From: a virus
Lineage: Duplodnaviria; Caudoviricetes
Strand: one strand, 5' to 3'
Virus record (IMG/VR): IMGVR_UViG_3300017971_000079
Location: 1-50,991 of that record
DNA: 50,991 nt
Below, in pieces: positions 1-8,275 of the stretch. The notes below the pieces were generated by a model that saw nothing but the letters and a program-made list of their open reading frames with translations, was not told the origin of the DNA and did no database searches. Both the position numbers and the translations under genes were made by a program. Numbering within the stretch: position 1 is the first letter of the stretch; every line of letters begins with the position of its first letter.

Positions 1-123
1 AGCCAGCGCTGCCTTTTTTTCTTGAGCTCGCTTATGACATCAGCGAGGTCGCGGCTCTCGGCCCACGGCGTCTGGTCTTCCGGCTTATCTATCAGCCACC
101 TACGCCGCCCGCCGACAGGGGCG
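1..123. repeat. Terminal direct repeat, copy 1 (identical to 50869-50991); circular assembly overlap
   Basis: 123 nt identical at both ends; an ORF reads in frame through the junction. Confidence 0.97.
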
Positions 124-3100
124 AACATGATTAAGTATCTACCCTTTAATTTAGCGCCGTCAAGAAAAATTTCTACCGCGTGCCTTCTCGCAACGCCCAT
201 CTTGTACGTACCTTTGTCAAGGGCGAAAAATTTCGAGAACTTGTTCGCGGTCGACCCCGCTTCGCCCGGCGGCGACACGTACGGCTTGCCAACGCCTACC
301 TCGAGCCACTCCTTCGGTTGCTCCAGCTTCGGCGCGAGCTCGATATTGTCGCCCTCCTTCCAATCGATGAGCTTGTCCAGGTGCTCGAGCCTGCGGTTGT
401 CCTGCGTCCTCCCGAGGAACACCGCCCAACCCCAAAGCCCTTGGCCGTCGCTCAACCGAATGTCTCCGTGTACCGAGTGCCCGGTGTCCTTCATGAGCTG
501 CTCATCGCTGAGCTTCACCTCGTCTTCGTTGAGCCCGCGCCAGTGGTGTTGATACACGAACTCGCCCTCGCCGTCCTTCGGGAACGCCTTTATCCAATCC
601 TTCTCCCAGTGCTCGTAAGCCGCCGCCGCGCGCGTGCCACCTTCCTCACGAGGTTTCAACAACGGCTTCGGCGCCTGCTTTCGAATCTCCTGCCGGAACT
701 GCCGAAGCTTGCGCTGTACCTCACCCGAATCCCCAAAGCGACGCACCGCGCTCGGATGCGGCAACACAAGGTCGACCGTGCCCACTTCCGCAAGCGCACT
801 CTCCGCGGTACGCCCAAGCGCCACGACCTTCTCGGGCTTGTACTTCTCGAGCTCGCCCTTCAACCATTCGCGCCACTCCTTCATCTCCTCGACCGTCGGC
901 TCGCGCGTTCTGCCCTTTTCGTCTTCGAGCAACACCGGTACGACGTTGGTCAATAGCACTTCGGACCTGCGGATACCGAGCGGTTTCAAATACTTTTCGT
1001 TAAACACCTCGCCCCCGGGCCCCGCCATGGGCTCGCGTCGCGCCGCTTCTATCCTGCCGGGACTCGCTCCGATGAACGCCACCTTCGCGCCCTTCGGCCC
1101 CGCCGTCGGTACCTCGGGACGCAACGCCTTGATGACGTTCGCGGGCAAGTACTCGACCTCGCCTTTGTCGTCGACTTCCTTGACCCGCAACACGAGGTTC
1201 TTCGCCGCGCGCTTGACCACGGCGTCCACCGTGTCCGGCTCGCCCTCGTACTCCCCGAGTACCCGTGGAACCCACGCCGTCAAACGCACTCCCTCCGGCC
1301 CGATGATTTTGTTCACGGTCTCCGCTTCGATAAGCACGTTGTCCCCAGGCGTAAATTTCCTCCCCGTCGCGAACGTGTCTCCAACCGTGAGCAGCTCGCC
1401 GTTGTGCTTCACGCCGTACGTGTAAACCCAAACGCCGCCCTTCGTCCGCTTGCCCTTGATCACCTGCCCTCGAACTGTCGTCGCGTTGTGGAACTTCACC
1501 CACTCGTCTCCGGTCGCAAAGTCAAGGCGGTACGGCGAATCGATTTGCTTCGCGACCATACCCTCGGACCCAGGCTCTTTACGTAACTTCTCGGTGATGC
1601 GCTCGATGTCGTCGGGCGTCTTCGCCGACACCCCTTCGACTACCTTAAGCACGTCTCCGTCTTTGATTTGCTTGAGCACTTCGAGCCGCGTCCGGAGCGA
1701 CTTGCCGTGAATGTCCCCCTTCCAGTAAACCACATCGAAGGCGTTCGCTCTCAAGTGCGAATCGTCTGGCTCGGATTTGCTGGCCAAGTACCCGGCAACC
1801 GCCTCACGCGGCAAGTGCTTCTTTCCCTCCCACGCTTCTATCTCGACATCGAGCACCGCCTTGTTCGCTGCAATTTTTTTGATGTCCTCTACCAGAGTCG
1901 GAAATCGGTCGGTGTTGTCGTCGCCGTCCTCGGAAAAAATACGAACGGTCGACCCCACCTTGTGGATTTGATGCCTGGCTCCGTCGAACTTACGTTGAAC
2001 AATTGCCGGCAACCACTTGTCCGAGCGCTCGGTGTAGAACTCGACGAGGCGCTCGATGGTCTGCGGCTCTTCGGCGAACGCCGGCCGGGTCGGTTTCGGT
2101 TGGTAGAAAAACTCACCCGGCGTCAGCACGCCGTTTTTCTTCGCGCGCTCCGCTTGCGCGCGTTGCTCCGCGCTCGCGGCCCGGGCCTGCTTCTCGATGT
2201 CGAGGCTGTCCGCCCACTCTTGCCCAGGGTCTCCACCCCACAGCAGCCACGCTATCCACTGCGCGCTCGGGTTCTTCTCGTTCTCCCAGCCCTCGTCTCT
2301 CCGGTCGACCTGCGCGCCGTGCCTCGCGAAGAACGACCGCATGCGCCCGACCGTCTCCGCACTCAAGTCGCGACGGTTGCTCAAGTCACGAGCGCGCGCA
2401 ACGCCTACCTCCGTCCCGCCGCGATTGAACTTGTCGCGAAGCCGAAGGCCACGGCTCGCCACAAGCGCCGCCGACACCGGAGGTTTGAAGCCCTCGGCTT
2501 TGACCACCCGCTCTCTGTCCTCGTACTCGGGAGGACACGTCTCTACCTTGACCACATGAGGCTCGCGTCGTCGCGCAACCAAATCAAACATCGGTATGTA
2601 ATCGGTGAAGCTCCCCTGCGGTGCGTCCAACAATTGCACCTGCGGCCCGCGCTTGTTCGGCGAGAGGAACCTCCTCAACGCAACCCCGAGGCTCCGGCCG
2701 TCCACGCCGTACGTTCCTCTCCCCGCGTCGTACTCCGACCGAATTACCACGTCCACGTCCCCGGGTTTCTCTGCTACCGCCGCACTTCCCGCCACACTTA
2801 CCCAGTCCCGGCACAGCAGAATCTCGTCGGGTATCTTCTCAAGCCGTGCGCCGATGAACTTCGGCAACTCCCCCTTGACCCCCTTGACCGAATCTTTCCT
2901 CGCCTTGTGCGTCGCTTCGAGCTTCTCCACTTCCTTCACAAGCTCGGTGCGCTCTACCTTCCTACCGCGTCGCTCGCGCTCCTGCTTCGTCCACAACGCC
3001 GCGTTCACGATGTTCTCGACAGGCTGCCGTCTTCGCTTCGCGTTGCTAAACCATTGATGCAGCCTCAACCAGACCGCATCGAGGTCTTCGTTGCCGAGGT

Positions 3101-3287
3101 TCTTCAACGCCGCGGGTTTTATCTCGGCGAGCGCGAGCTTCTCGATGACGCTTGGCTCGTCAATACGATGCGCCGCACGCCCTCCCGCTCGCGCCCTCGC
3201 CCGCTGCATCAAGGTCGCGTAGAGCCAACCGGGAATGTCCTGCTTGAACTCGTTCAACATTTCTTCGAGATATTCTCTGCTCGCCAT
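1..3287 (-). CDS. N-terminal ~1095 aa of a 1277-aa origin-spanning head-module protein (NTase-like, head-associated domain, ATP-dependent DNA ligase, UDG-like, LigD phosphoesterase-like); continues at 50868-50322
   Basis: ATG at 3287 overlaps the upstream TAA. Manual translation gives GSAAVAEKPGDVDVV (~2800-2745), RGGTEVGVARAR..WLLWGGD (~2430-2230), QRKFDGARH (~1997-1971), EGMVAK (~1565-1548), WVKF (~1503), IGASPG..TNVV..HPS (~1075-750), FVYQHH..HGDIRL..LDKGTY..KLKGRYL..WLIDK (~560-85). The track lists no terminated ORF in this frame, consistent with it being open to the edge. Confidence 0.88.
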   Translation of the reverse strand, partial: MASREYLEEMLNEFKQDIPGWLYATLMQRARARAGGRAAHRIDEPSVIEKLALAEIKPAALKNLGNEDLDAVWLRLHQWFSNAKRRRQPVENIVNAALWTKQERERRGRKVERTELVKEVEKLEATHKARKDSVKGVKGELPKFIGARLEKIPDEILLCRDWVSVAGSAAVAEKPGDVDVVIRSEYDAGRGTYGVDGRSLGVALRRFLSPNKRGPQVQLLDAPQGSFTDYIPMFDLVARRREPHVVKVETCPPEYEDRERVVKAEGFKPPVSAALVASRGLRLRDKFNRGGTEVGVARARDLSNRRDLSAETVGRMRSFFARHGAQVDRRDEGWENEKNPSAQWIAWLLWGGDPGQEWADSLDIEKQARAASAEQRAQAERAKKNGVLTPGEFFYQPKPTRPAFAEEPQTIERLVEFYTERSDKWLPAIVQRKFDGARHQIHKVGSTVRIFSEDGDDNTDRFPTLVEDIKKIAANKAVLDVEIEAWEGKKHLPREAVAGYLASKSEPDDSHLRANAFDVVYWKGDIHGKSLRTRLEVLKQIKDGDVLKVVEGVSAKTPDDIERITEKLRKEPGSEGMVAKQIDSPYRLDFATGDEWVKFHNATTVRGQVIKGKRTKGGVWVYTYGVKHNGELLTVGDTFATGRKFTPGDNVLIEAETVNKIIGPEGVRLTAWVPRVLGEYEGEPDTVDAVVKRAAKNLVLRVKEVDDKGEVEYLPANVIKALRPEVPTAGPKGAKVAFIGASPGRIEAARREPMAGPGGEVFNEKYLKPLGIRRSEVLLTNVVPVLLEDEKGRTREPTVEEMKEWREWLKGELEKYKPEKVVALGRTAESALAEVGTVDLVLPHPSAVRRFGDSGEVQRKLRQFRQEIRKQAPKPLLKPREEGGTRAAAAYEHWEKDWIKAFPKDGEGEFVYQHHWRGLNEDEVKLSDEQLMKDTGHSVHGDIRLSDGQGLWGWAVFLGRTQDNRRLEHLDKLIDWKEGDNIELAPKLEQPKEWLEVGVGKPYVSPPGEAGSTANKFSKFFALDKGTYKMGVARRHAVEIFLDGAKLKGRYLIMFAPVGGRRRWLIDKPEDQTPWAESRDLADVISELKKKRQRW

Positions 3288-4342
3288 TACTCGACCCTTT
3301 CAAGCGTCTCTGTACAACCGCAATGCGGATGCGCTGACTCCCCCGGCATGTCTACGGCACCTATGTACGCGCTCTCGTACGGCTCGCCCAACTTCGCCGT
3401 CTTGCCGTCCAGCTCCAAACAAATCTCGCAAGGGTTGTCCGGGTTCCCCGTCGGCCCCGCCGTCAACCATCGCCTCCGTACCTCGGGCAGTTTTCCCGAA
3501 TCCTGCGCTATCTTCCACGCATCATTGCGCCCCTGCGCCTGCGCCGTTATCGTCTCGGTCCTCGCTATCATCTGCGCACGCTTGCCGAGCAGCTCCTCGC
3601 GATACGCATCCCCCTGCCGCCGCACCTCGTCCTCGTCGACGCCCGCCGCGCGCAACATCTCTTTTCTGTTCTGTACCGCTTTGCTCCACCTCGGAGTCAA
3701 CCCAACGTTCGCTTTTATCTCTCCGAAAATTTCCTCAGCTCGCAACCCCCGGGAGAACCCGTCGCTCAGAACGTCGGTCACAACCTCGCGTTGACTCCAC
3801 GTCAGCCCCTCCTCTATCAAGTGCGTCGCACGTTCCTCCATCCACTTTTTCGAGTAAGGGTTGATAGGTACCATCATCTCCTCGTCCGCTGCCCTTAAGC
3901 CTTCGCTAACTGCTTTCTCTATCGTCTCCTCGCCTCCACGGTCTTCGGCAGTCTCCAAACCAAATCGCATCCTCGTCTTGAACTTCGCGTTCATACGCTC
4001 CGTTGCGTCGTCGCCCGCCTCCTGCATCACTTGCGCGTACGCGCGCATGATACGCTCGCGGAACTTCTCCCAGACCTCCGACTCCGCCTCCTGCGCCACC
4101 GGTACCGCTTCGAGTACCTTGACCGCCGACCGCTCTCTAATCGCGCGCTTCACGTCACGCTCGGCCTTCGGCGTCCACATCGTTTTCAGCGCTTCCAAGA
4201 ACGCCCTCACGAACTGTCCCTCGTTCTTCCGAGCTATCTTGTACGCCTCCCTCCCCTCGGGCGTTCCAGGGTCGCGACGGTACCACGCCTTGCGCCGGCG
4301 CTTCTGTACGCGCACTAAATGGTACTGGTCAACAAACGACAA
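3287..4342 (-). CDS. Head morphogenesis / minor capsid protein (Mu gpF / SPP1 gp7-like)
   Basis: RAQMIARTE, C-x2-C and C-terminal HPHCGC motifs; directly after the portal. Confidence 0.85.
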   Translation of the reverse strand: MSFVDQYHLVRVQKRRRKAWYRRDPGTPEGREAYKIARKNEGQFVRAFLEALKTMWTPKAERDVKRAIRERSAVKVLEAVPVAQEAESEVWEKFRERIMRAYAQVMQEAGDDATERMNAKFKTRMRFGLETAEDRGGEETIEKAVSEGLRAADEEMMVPINPYSKKWMEERATHLIEEGLTWSQREVVTDVLSDGFSRGLRAEEIFGEIKANVGLTPRWSKAVQNRKEMLRAAGVDEDEVRRQGDAYREELLGKRAQMIARTETITAQAQGRNDAWKIAQDSGKLPEVRRRWLTAGPTGNPDNPCEICLELDGKTAKLGEPYESAYIGAVDMPGESAHPHCGCTETLERVE

Positions 4343-4345
4343 CGG

Positions 4346-5779
4346 TCACGCGCTCCGCGGCAGAACGTTCCCGCAGCTCGGGCACTTCCTCGGGTTGCCT
4401 ACGTATCCTTCACCACACGTCGGACAATACCGAACCGGCGGCCGTCTTCCAGGCACCGCCCCCGGTATCACCTTCGCTATCTTCCCCTTCTGCACCTCGC
4501 CCTGCCCATCGTCTTCGGGCATCGGCAACCCCGCTACCTCGAGCAACTTGCGCCTCAGCGCCTCGTCACCCTCGGGCAGCATGTTGGTCACCGATAGCGC
4601 TTGCAGGTACTGCGCAAGCTCCGCCAAAGGCAAGCTTTCGATGTCGCCGTGTACCATCTTCGGCCAGAGCTCCCGCTTCACTCCGTTCGCCTCCATCAAT
4701 CGATGGATGCCGAACCGCGTGAACGTCGAAGCGATGTTCTTGAGGTATGCCCCAAGTGCTACACTGAACGTCTCGGTCTGAGAACTCGCAAGCGCCCAAC
4801 TCCCTACGCTCGCCATGCCGAGCTGCAGGAACTGCGCAAGCACGCTTTGAAAGATGGAGCTCTTGTAGTAGGTCTTGATTTTATCGGTGTCGAACTGCCG
4901 GTTCCCTCCACTGGTCATCAGCTTGAACTTGAACTGCGTCGGCTTACCCTCTTCATCGAGCTCGCTCGGAACAATCGCGTACTCGCGTTCATCGCGCTTC
5001 ACTTGCGCAAGCATCTTTTGTAGGTCGGAGAGCAACGCTTTGTCCTCGGAACTCGCATCCTCGCTCAACATCCGTACCGGTACTTCCATCACCGGCAACC
5101 CCGTCAGGTCGCGCTCCACGCCTATCGCCTCTATCTCCGAAATTCTCTTGAGATAGAACCAATCGATGACCGCGTTCCGGTACAGGCTCCGTCCCTGCGG
5201 GTTGCCCTTCGTCGTCGTGGTCCGAAACAGAATCGCTTTCTCTATCGGAATGTACGCGGTCTGCGCGCTCGATGGGTGCTGCTGATGCATCCCCCTCAAC
5301 CCCCCGTCGTCGTCGAACTCCCAGCGGTCTAGCGTGTTCTGCGCACGCAACGCGAACTTGCGCCAACCTACCTTTCCATCGTTGTACGCCGAGCGCTGCG
5401 CCGGGTCCTTGCCATCCATTCCTCGCCGCATCTTGTACACGACCTCGAACAGAGACCACCCGTAGGGAAACATACTCAAGACCTCGGAGATGAAATCCTC
5501 GAACGTGTGGCTCATGTCGATGACACACGAGCTCACGAACTCCGCTTGCTCTTTCGCCACCTCCCCGGGCTCGCTCGGCTCCACCCTCCATTCGACTTGT
5601 TGTACTAACGCCTCGAAGAGATACTGTATCGCGCCGATGGTCGAGCTGTTGTCCTTCATCTCTCGATAGACCTTCGGGCCGAAGTCGCCCCGCAACTTCG
5701 CGTGGAACTCCTCGTCTATCAGACCACCAAACTGCTTGAGACCCGAAAACCCCAGCGTCTTGAAATCCAGCTTCGCCAT
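4346..5779 (-). CDS. Portal protein (Mu gp29/DUF935-like) with C-terminal double-CxxC extension
   Basis: 477 aa after terL; GWSLFEVVY, GNPQGRSLYR, GSWALAS motifs. Confidence 0.85.
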   Translation of the reverse strand: MAKLDFKTLGFSGLKQFGGLIDEEFHAKLRGDFGPKVYREMKDNSSTIGAIQYLFEALVQQVEWRVEPSEPGEVAKEQAEFVSSCVIDMSHTFEDFISEVLSMFPYGWSLFEVVYKMRRGMDGKDPAQRSAYNDGKVGWRKFALRAQNTLDRWEFDDDGGLRGMHQQHPSSAQTAYIPIEKAILFRTTTTKGNPQGRSLYRNAVIDWFYLKRISEIEAIGVERDLTGLPVMEVPVRMLSEDASSEDKALLSDLQKMLAQVKRDEREYAIVPSELDEEGKPTQFKFKLMTSGGNRQFDTDKIKTYYKSSIFQSVLAQFLQLGMASVGSWALASSQTETFSVALGAYLKNIASTFTRFGIHRLMEANGVKRELWPKMVHGDIESLPLAELAQYLQALSVTNMLPEGDEALRRKLLEVAGLPMPEDDGQGEVQKGKIAKVIPGAVPGRRPPVRYCPTCGEGYVGNPRKCPSCGNVLPRSA

Positions 5780-5793
5780 GATGAATAACCCTT

Positions 5794-7200
5794 CTACGCG
5801 CTCGCCCGCGCAAAGTCAGTGGGCCGCGTCCTCGACCCCGTGAGAGGAATTACTATGTTAGAGATTGACCGTCGCGACAATCGAGAAAGCGCTTGTGTCA
5901 TCGCGTCACATTGATCGTCGTTTTTCGCGTTTGGAAAGCTTACCACCTCTTCGACGAACTCCCTCACCCAAGGCTTGCCCTCGGGTAGATACACGTTGCC
6001 AGCTTCGAGCAGCCCCGACACGGCGAGCAGACGCGCCTCCTTGCTTCCTACCGGTCGCACACCTACCACACCGTCGAGCTCGTGCTTGAGCGTCGCGAGC
6101 ACCGCCTCGCCGTTGGCCGCGCGCTCCACCACCTTGTCACGCGCAAGAGGATGCTTCGAGCTCATCGCGCGAATCGCATCGAGCGTCCCCGGGAAATCGA
6201 CCTTCGCACGGAACTGGTCGACGAGGTAGAAGTTCGGTTTGGCGTATCCCCATACCTGCCCGACCACGTAGGACGTGCCCACGGTGAACGTGAGGTCCCA
6301 CGATTGAATGAGTTGAGAACAGCGCGGGAGCTCGCGATACCAACGGAACCACGCGCGCTTGATTGCCCCGCCCTCAGGCGGCGACGGGTGCTGTTGGTAC
6401 AGACCGTTGAAGAGCTGCGTACCTAGCCCCTCCCCGGGTGCGAGCTTGATGCGCTGTAGGTCGTCGGCGTCAAAACGCTCGGGACAAAGCGCCTCGCCTG
6501 GAGCGCGACCGAGCGGGTCGTTGTCTTCGGCGACGGCCGGCAACGCGACATGCTGCCAGTCATCCGCATGCTCGTCCACGAGGTATCCCGTGAGGTCCTC
6601 TTCATGCCAGCGCGTCATGACCACCACGATGGAGCCACCGGGCTCTAGACGGGTGTACAAGTCCGCGTTGAACCGCTCGATAATTTTTCGACGCACCGTC
6701 GGAGAGTTCGCTTCCTCCCAGTCCTTTACCGGGTCGTCGATGATGATGAGCGAAGCCCCGCGACCGGTAACGCCGCCTTGCGCGCCAGCGGTCTTCATCC
6801 CCCCTCCGTCCACCGTCTCCCAATCACTGGTCTCGCGCTTCGCGTCGCTCACGCGGGTGGAGAGTAGCTCGTTGCGCTGGAGCTCGTCACGCACCTTGCG
6901 TCCCCAATGCGCGGCGAACGTGTCCGAGTACGACGTGAGAATCACCCGCTGTTCGGGGAACCATTCGAGGAACCACGTCGGGAGCCAGTGAGAGAACGCC
7001 TCGCTCTTGCCGTGCCGCGGTGGAGCATTGATGATGATGCGCGCGCCGCCGCGCACGATGGCTGGCTGAATCACCGACAGCAACAAATCGAGCCAACGAA
7101 ACGGACGCCACTGTCCGCGGGAGGCGGTCTGCGCAAACGTGCTTATATTGAGGCGCCAGCGCTCCTCAACCATCGCTTGCGCGTCGAGCGCGGTGTTCAA
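5794..7200 (-). CDS. terL: Terminase large subunit
   Basis: Walker A PPRHGKS, Walker B IIIDDP, MTRWH, YQQHP, nuclease SWD...DDQCDA. Confidence 0.96.
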   Translation of the reverse strand: MNTALDAQAMVEERWRLNISTFAQTASRGQWRPFRWLDLLLSVIQPAIVRGGARIIINAPPRHGKSEAFSHWLPTWFLEWFPEQRVILTSYSDTFAAHWGRKVRDELQRNELLSTRVSDAKRETSDWETVDGGGMKTAGAQGGVTGRGASLIIIDDPVKDWEEANSPTVRRKIIERFNADLYTRLEPGGSIVVVMTRWHEEDLTGYLVDEHADDWQHVALPAVAEDNDPLGRAPGEALCPERFDADDLQRIKLAPGEGLGTQLFNGLYQQHPSPPEGGAIKRAWFRWYRELPRCSQLIQSWDLTFTVGTSYVVGQVWGYAKPNFYLVDQFRAKVDFPGTLDAIRAMSSKHPLARDKVVERAANGEAVLATLKHELDGVVGVRPVGSKEARLLAVSGLLEAGNVYLPEGKPWVREFVEEVVSFPNAKNDDQCDAMTQALSRLSRRSISNIVIPLTGSRTRPTDFARASA

Positions 7201-7700
7201 TTGGGTTTCTCCGCGTTGAGTGCGTTCGCGCGGTCGACCAACTGCCGCGCGGCCTGGAGCGCTTCCTCGTCTCCAAGCAGAGCACGCAACGCCTCGCGCC
7301 GGTCGGCGAACGTCACCTCGGTACGTCCCTCGACAATGCGCCGCTCGGTGAAGCTACCGTCGAGCCGACACATGAGCTCGATAGCCTTGAGCCGCTCGAG
7401 CTTCTTCGCGCCGGGGTCGGTAGCGATTTCGAACAGGATTTTTTCGCGTGCCCGGATGCCCATGCGGTACGGCGCACCGAGCCTTTCGCGTTCGTTTTCG
7501 ATGGCCTGTATCAATCGGGGGTGGCGGAGATTTTTCGAGGCGACGGACGAAAGCGCTCTATTGTCGCCGGAGTAGCCCGCGATTTTTGCAGATTTAGTGC
7601 CATCGCCGTTGGCCTCGCCGACGAAGGCCTTGACGAATTTGAATTGCCGTTCGGTGAGCCCGGTTTCGTTGGCCGGGGCGCTGCCTGACCCAGTGTTCAT
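7197..7700 (-). CDS. terS: Terminase small subunit
   Basis: LTERQFKF..SAKIAGYS HTH typical of TerS; overlaps terL start; ATG 7700 chosen from promoter spacing. Confidence 0.85.
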   Translation of the reverse strand: MNTGSGSAPANETGLTERQFKFVKAFVGEANGDGTKSAKIAGYSGDNRALSSVASKNLRHPRLIQAIENERERLGAPYRMGIRAREKILFEIATDPGAKKLERLKAIELMCRLDGSFTERRIVEGRTEVTFADRREALRALLGDEEALQAARQLVDRANALNAEKPN

Positions 7701-7706
7701 AATTCC

Positions 7707-7736
7707 ACGGTAGGTGTGCGAGCACGAAAAAGTCAA
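7707..7736 (-). promoter_or_regulatory. Putative sigma70 promoter for a leaderless terS/virion operon transcript
   Basis: TTGACT-N18-TACCGT, then 6 nt to the ATG at 7700. Confidence 0.5.
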
Positions 7737-7804
7737 GTATGAACACAACGATATAATATATGACAAAAGACAAAGCGTAGCATTTTGATACGTACAATAG
7801 ACGG

Positions 7805-8077
7805 GTGTAACAGCGTAACAAGAGCCTGTTACATCTCTCGTTACACTCCCGAGGCAATAGTGGCGGGGCGAAAAGGGCGTTCGTAACGCCGTAACAGGCT
7901 CTTATTATCCCCCCGGACATGTGCGCCTACGCGGGCGCACGTCTTCTTTAGACGTTAGACCGCGCACGTCCATCAATCAGATATACTTACAGTCGAGACG
8001 ACGTGTCGTTATGGGACCTGCGACCGCGGCAACCCCTAGTAAAAAATATACGAAGTATAAAAAGCGTTACGTGTTAC
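7805..8077. repeat. Putative replication origin: GTAAC/GTTAC iteron cluster with 13-bp inverted repeat
   Basis: GTAAC at 7807, 7815, 7883, 7891; GTTAC at 7828, 7840, 8066, 8073; AAGAGCCTGTTAC (7820-7832) is the reverse complement of 7891-7903; lies between the divergent arms beside the primase gene. Confidence 0.55.
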
Positions 8078-8146
8078 GCCTGCGGAGCTTTTTTTGGGGG
8101 GGCAAGAGCTTGACAGCTACCCGAGGAGGTGTTACTGCTTTTTTTC

Positions 8147-8260
8147 AATGGCGCGGAGAACACAGCAGCTCGATTTTTGACGGACACCCTGCGGCGGGGA
8201 GTCGCCGACCTCTCCGGTCAGCCGTGCCATTCTCCCCGCCGCAGGGGCCGGCTTTTTTTT
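8147..8260 (+). ncRNA. Structured leader RNA / attenuator (P4 CI- or P1 C4-like architecture) before the primase-helicase
   Basis: 8147-8156 pairs with 8222-8231; 8187-8201 is perfectly complementary to 8232-8246; T8 run at 8253-8260; TTGACA at 8110-8115. Confidence 0.5.
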
Positions 8261-8275
8261 GCGGGAGGCTCTTGA

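Noticed and set aside
1-123. Biological terminal repeat marking the virion DNA ends
   Set aside because: It falls mid-gene and is most simply an assembler overlap; read-terminus data are needed.
1668-3794. 708-aa plus-strand ORF, and similar long antisense ORFs such as 180-956, 19884-21317 and 48352-50304
   Set aside because: Antisense shadows of motif-bearing genes in GC-rich DNA; no recognisable motifs.
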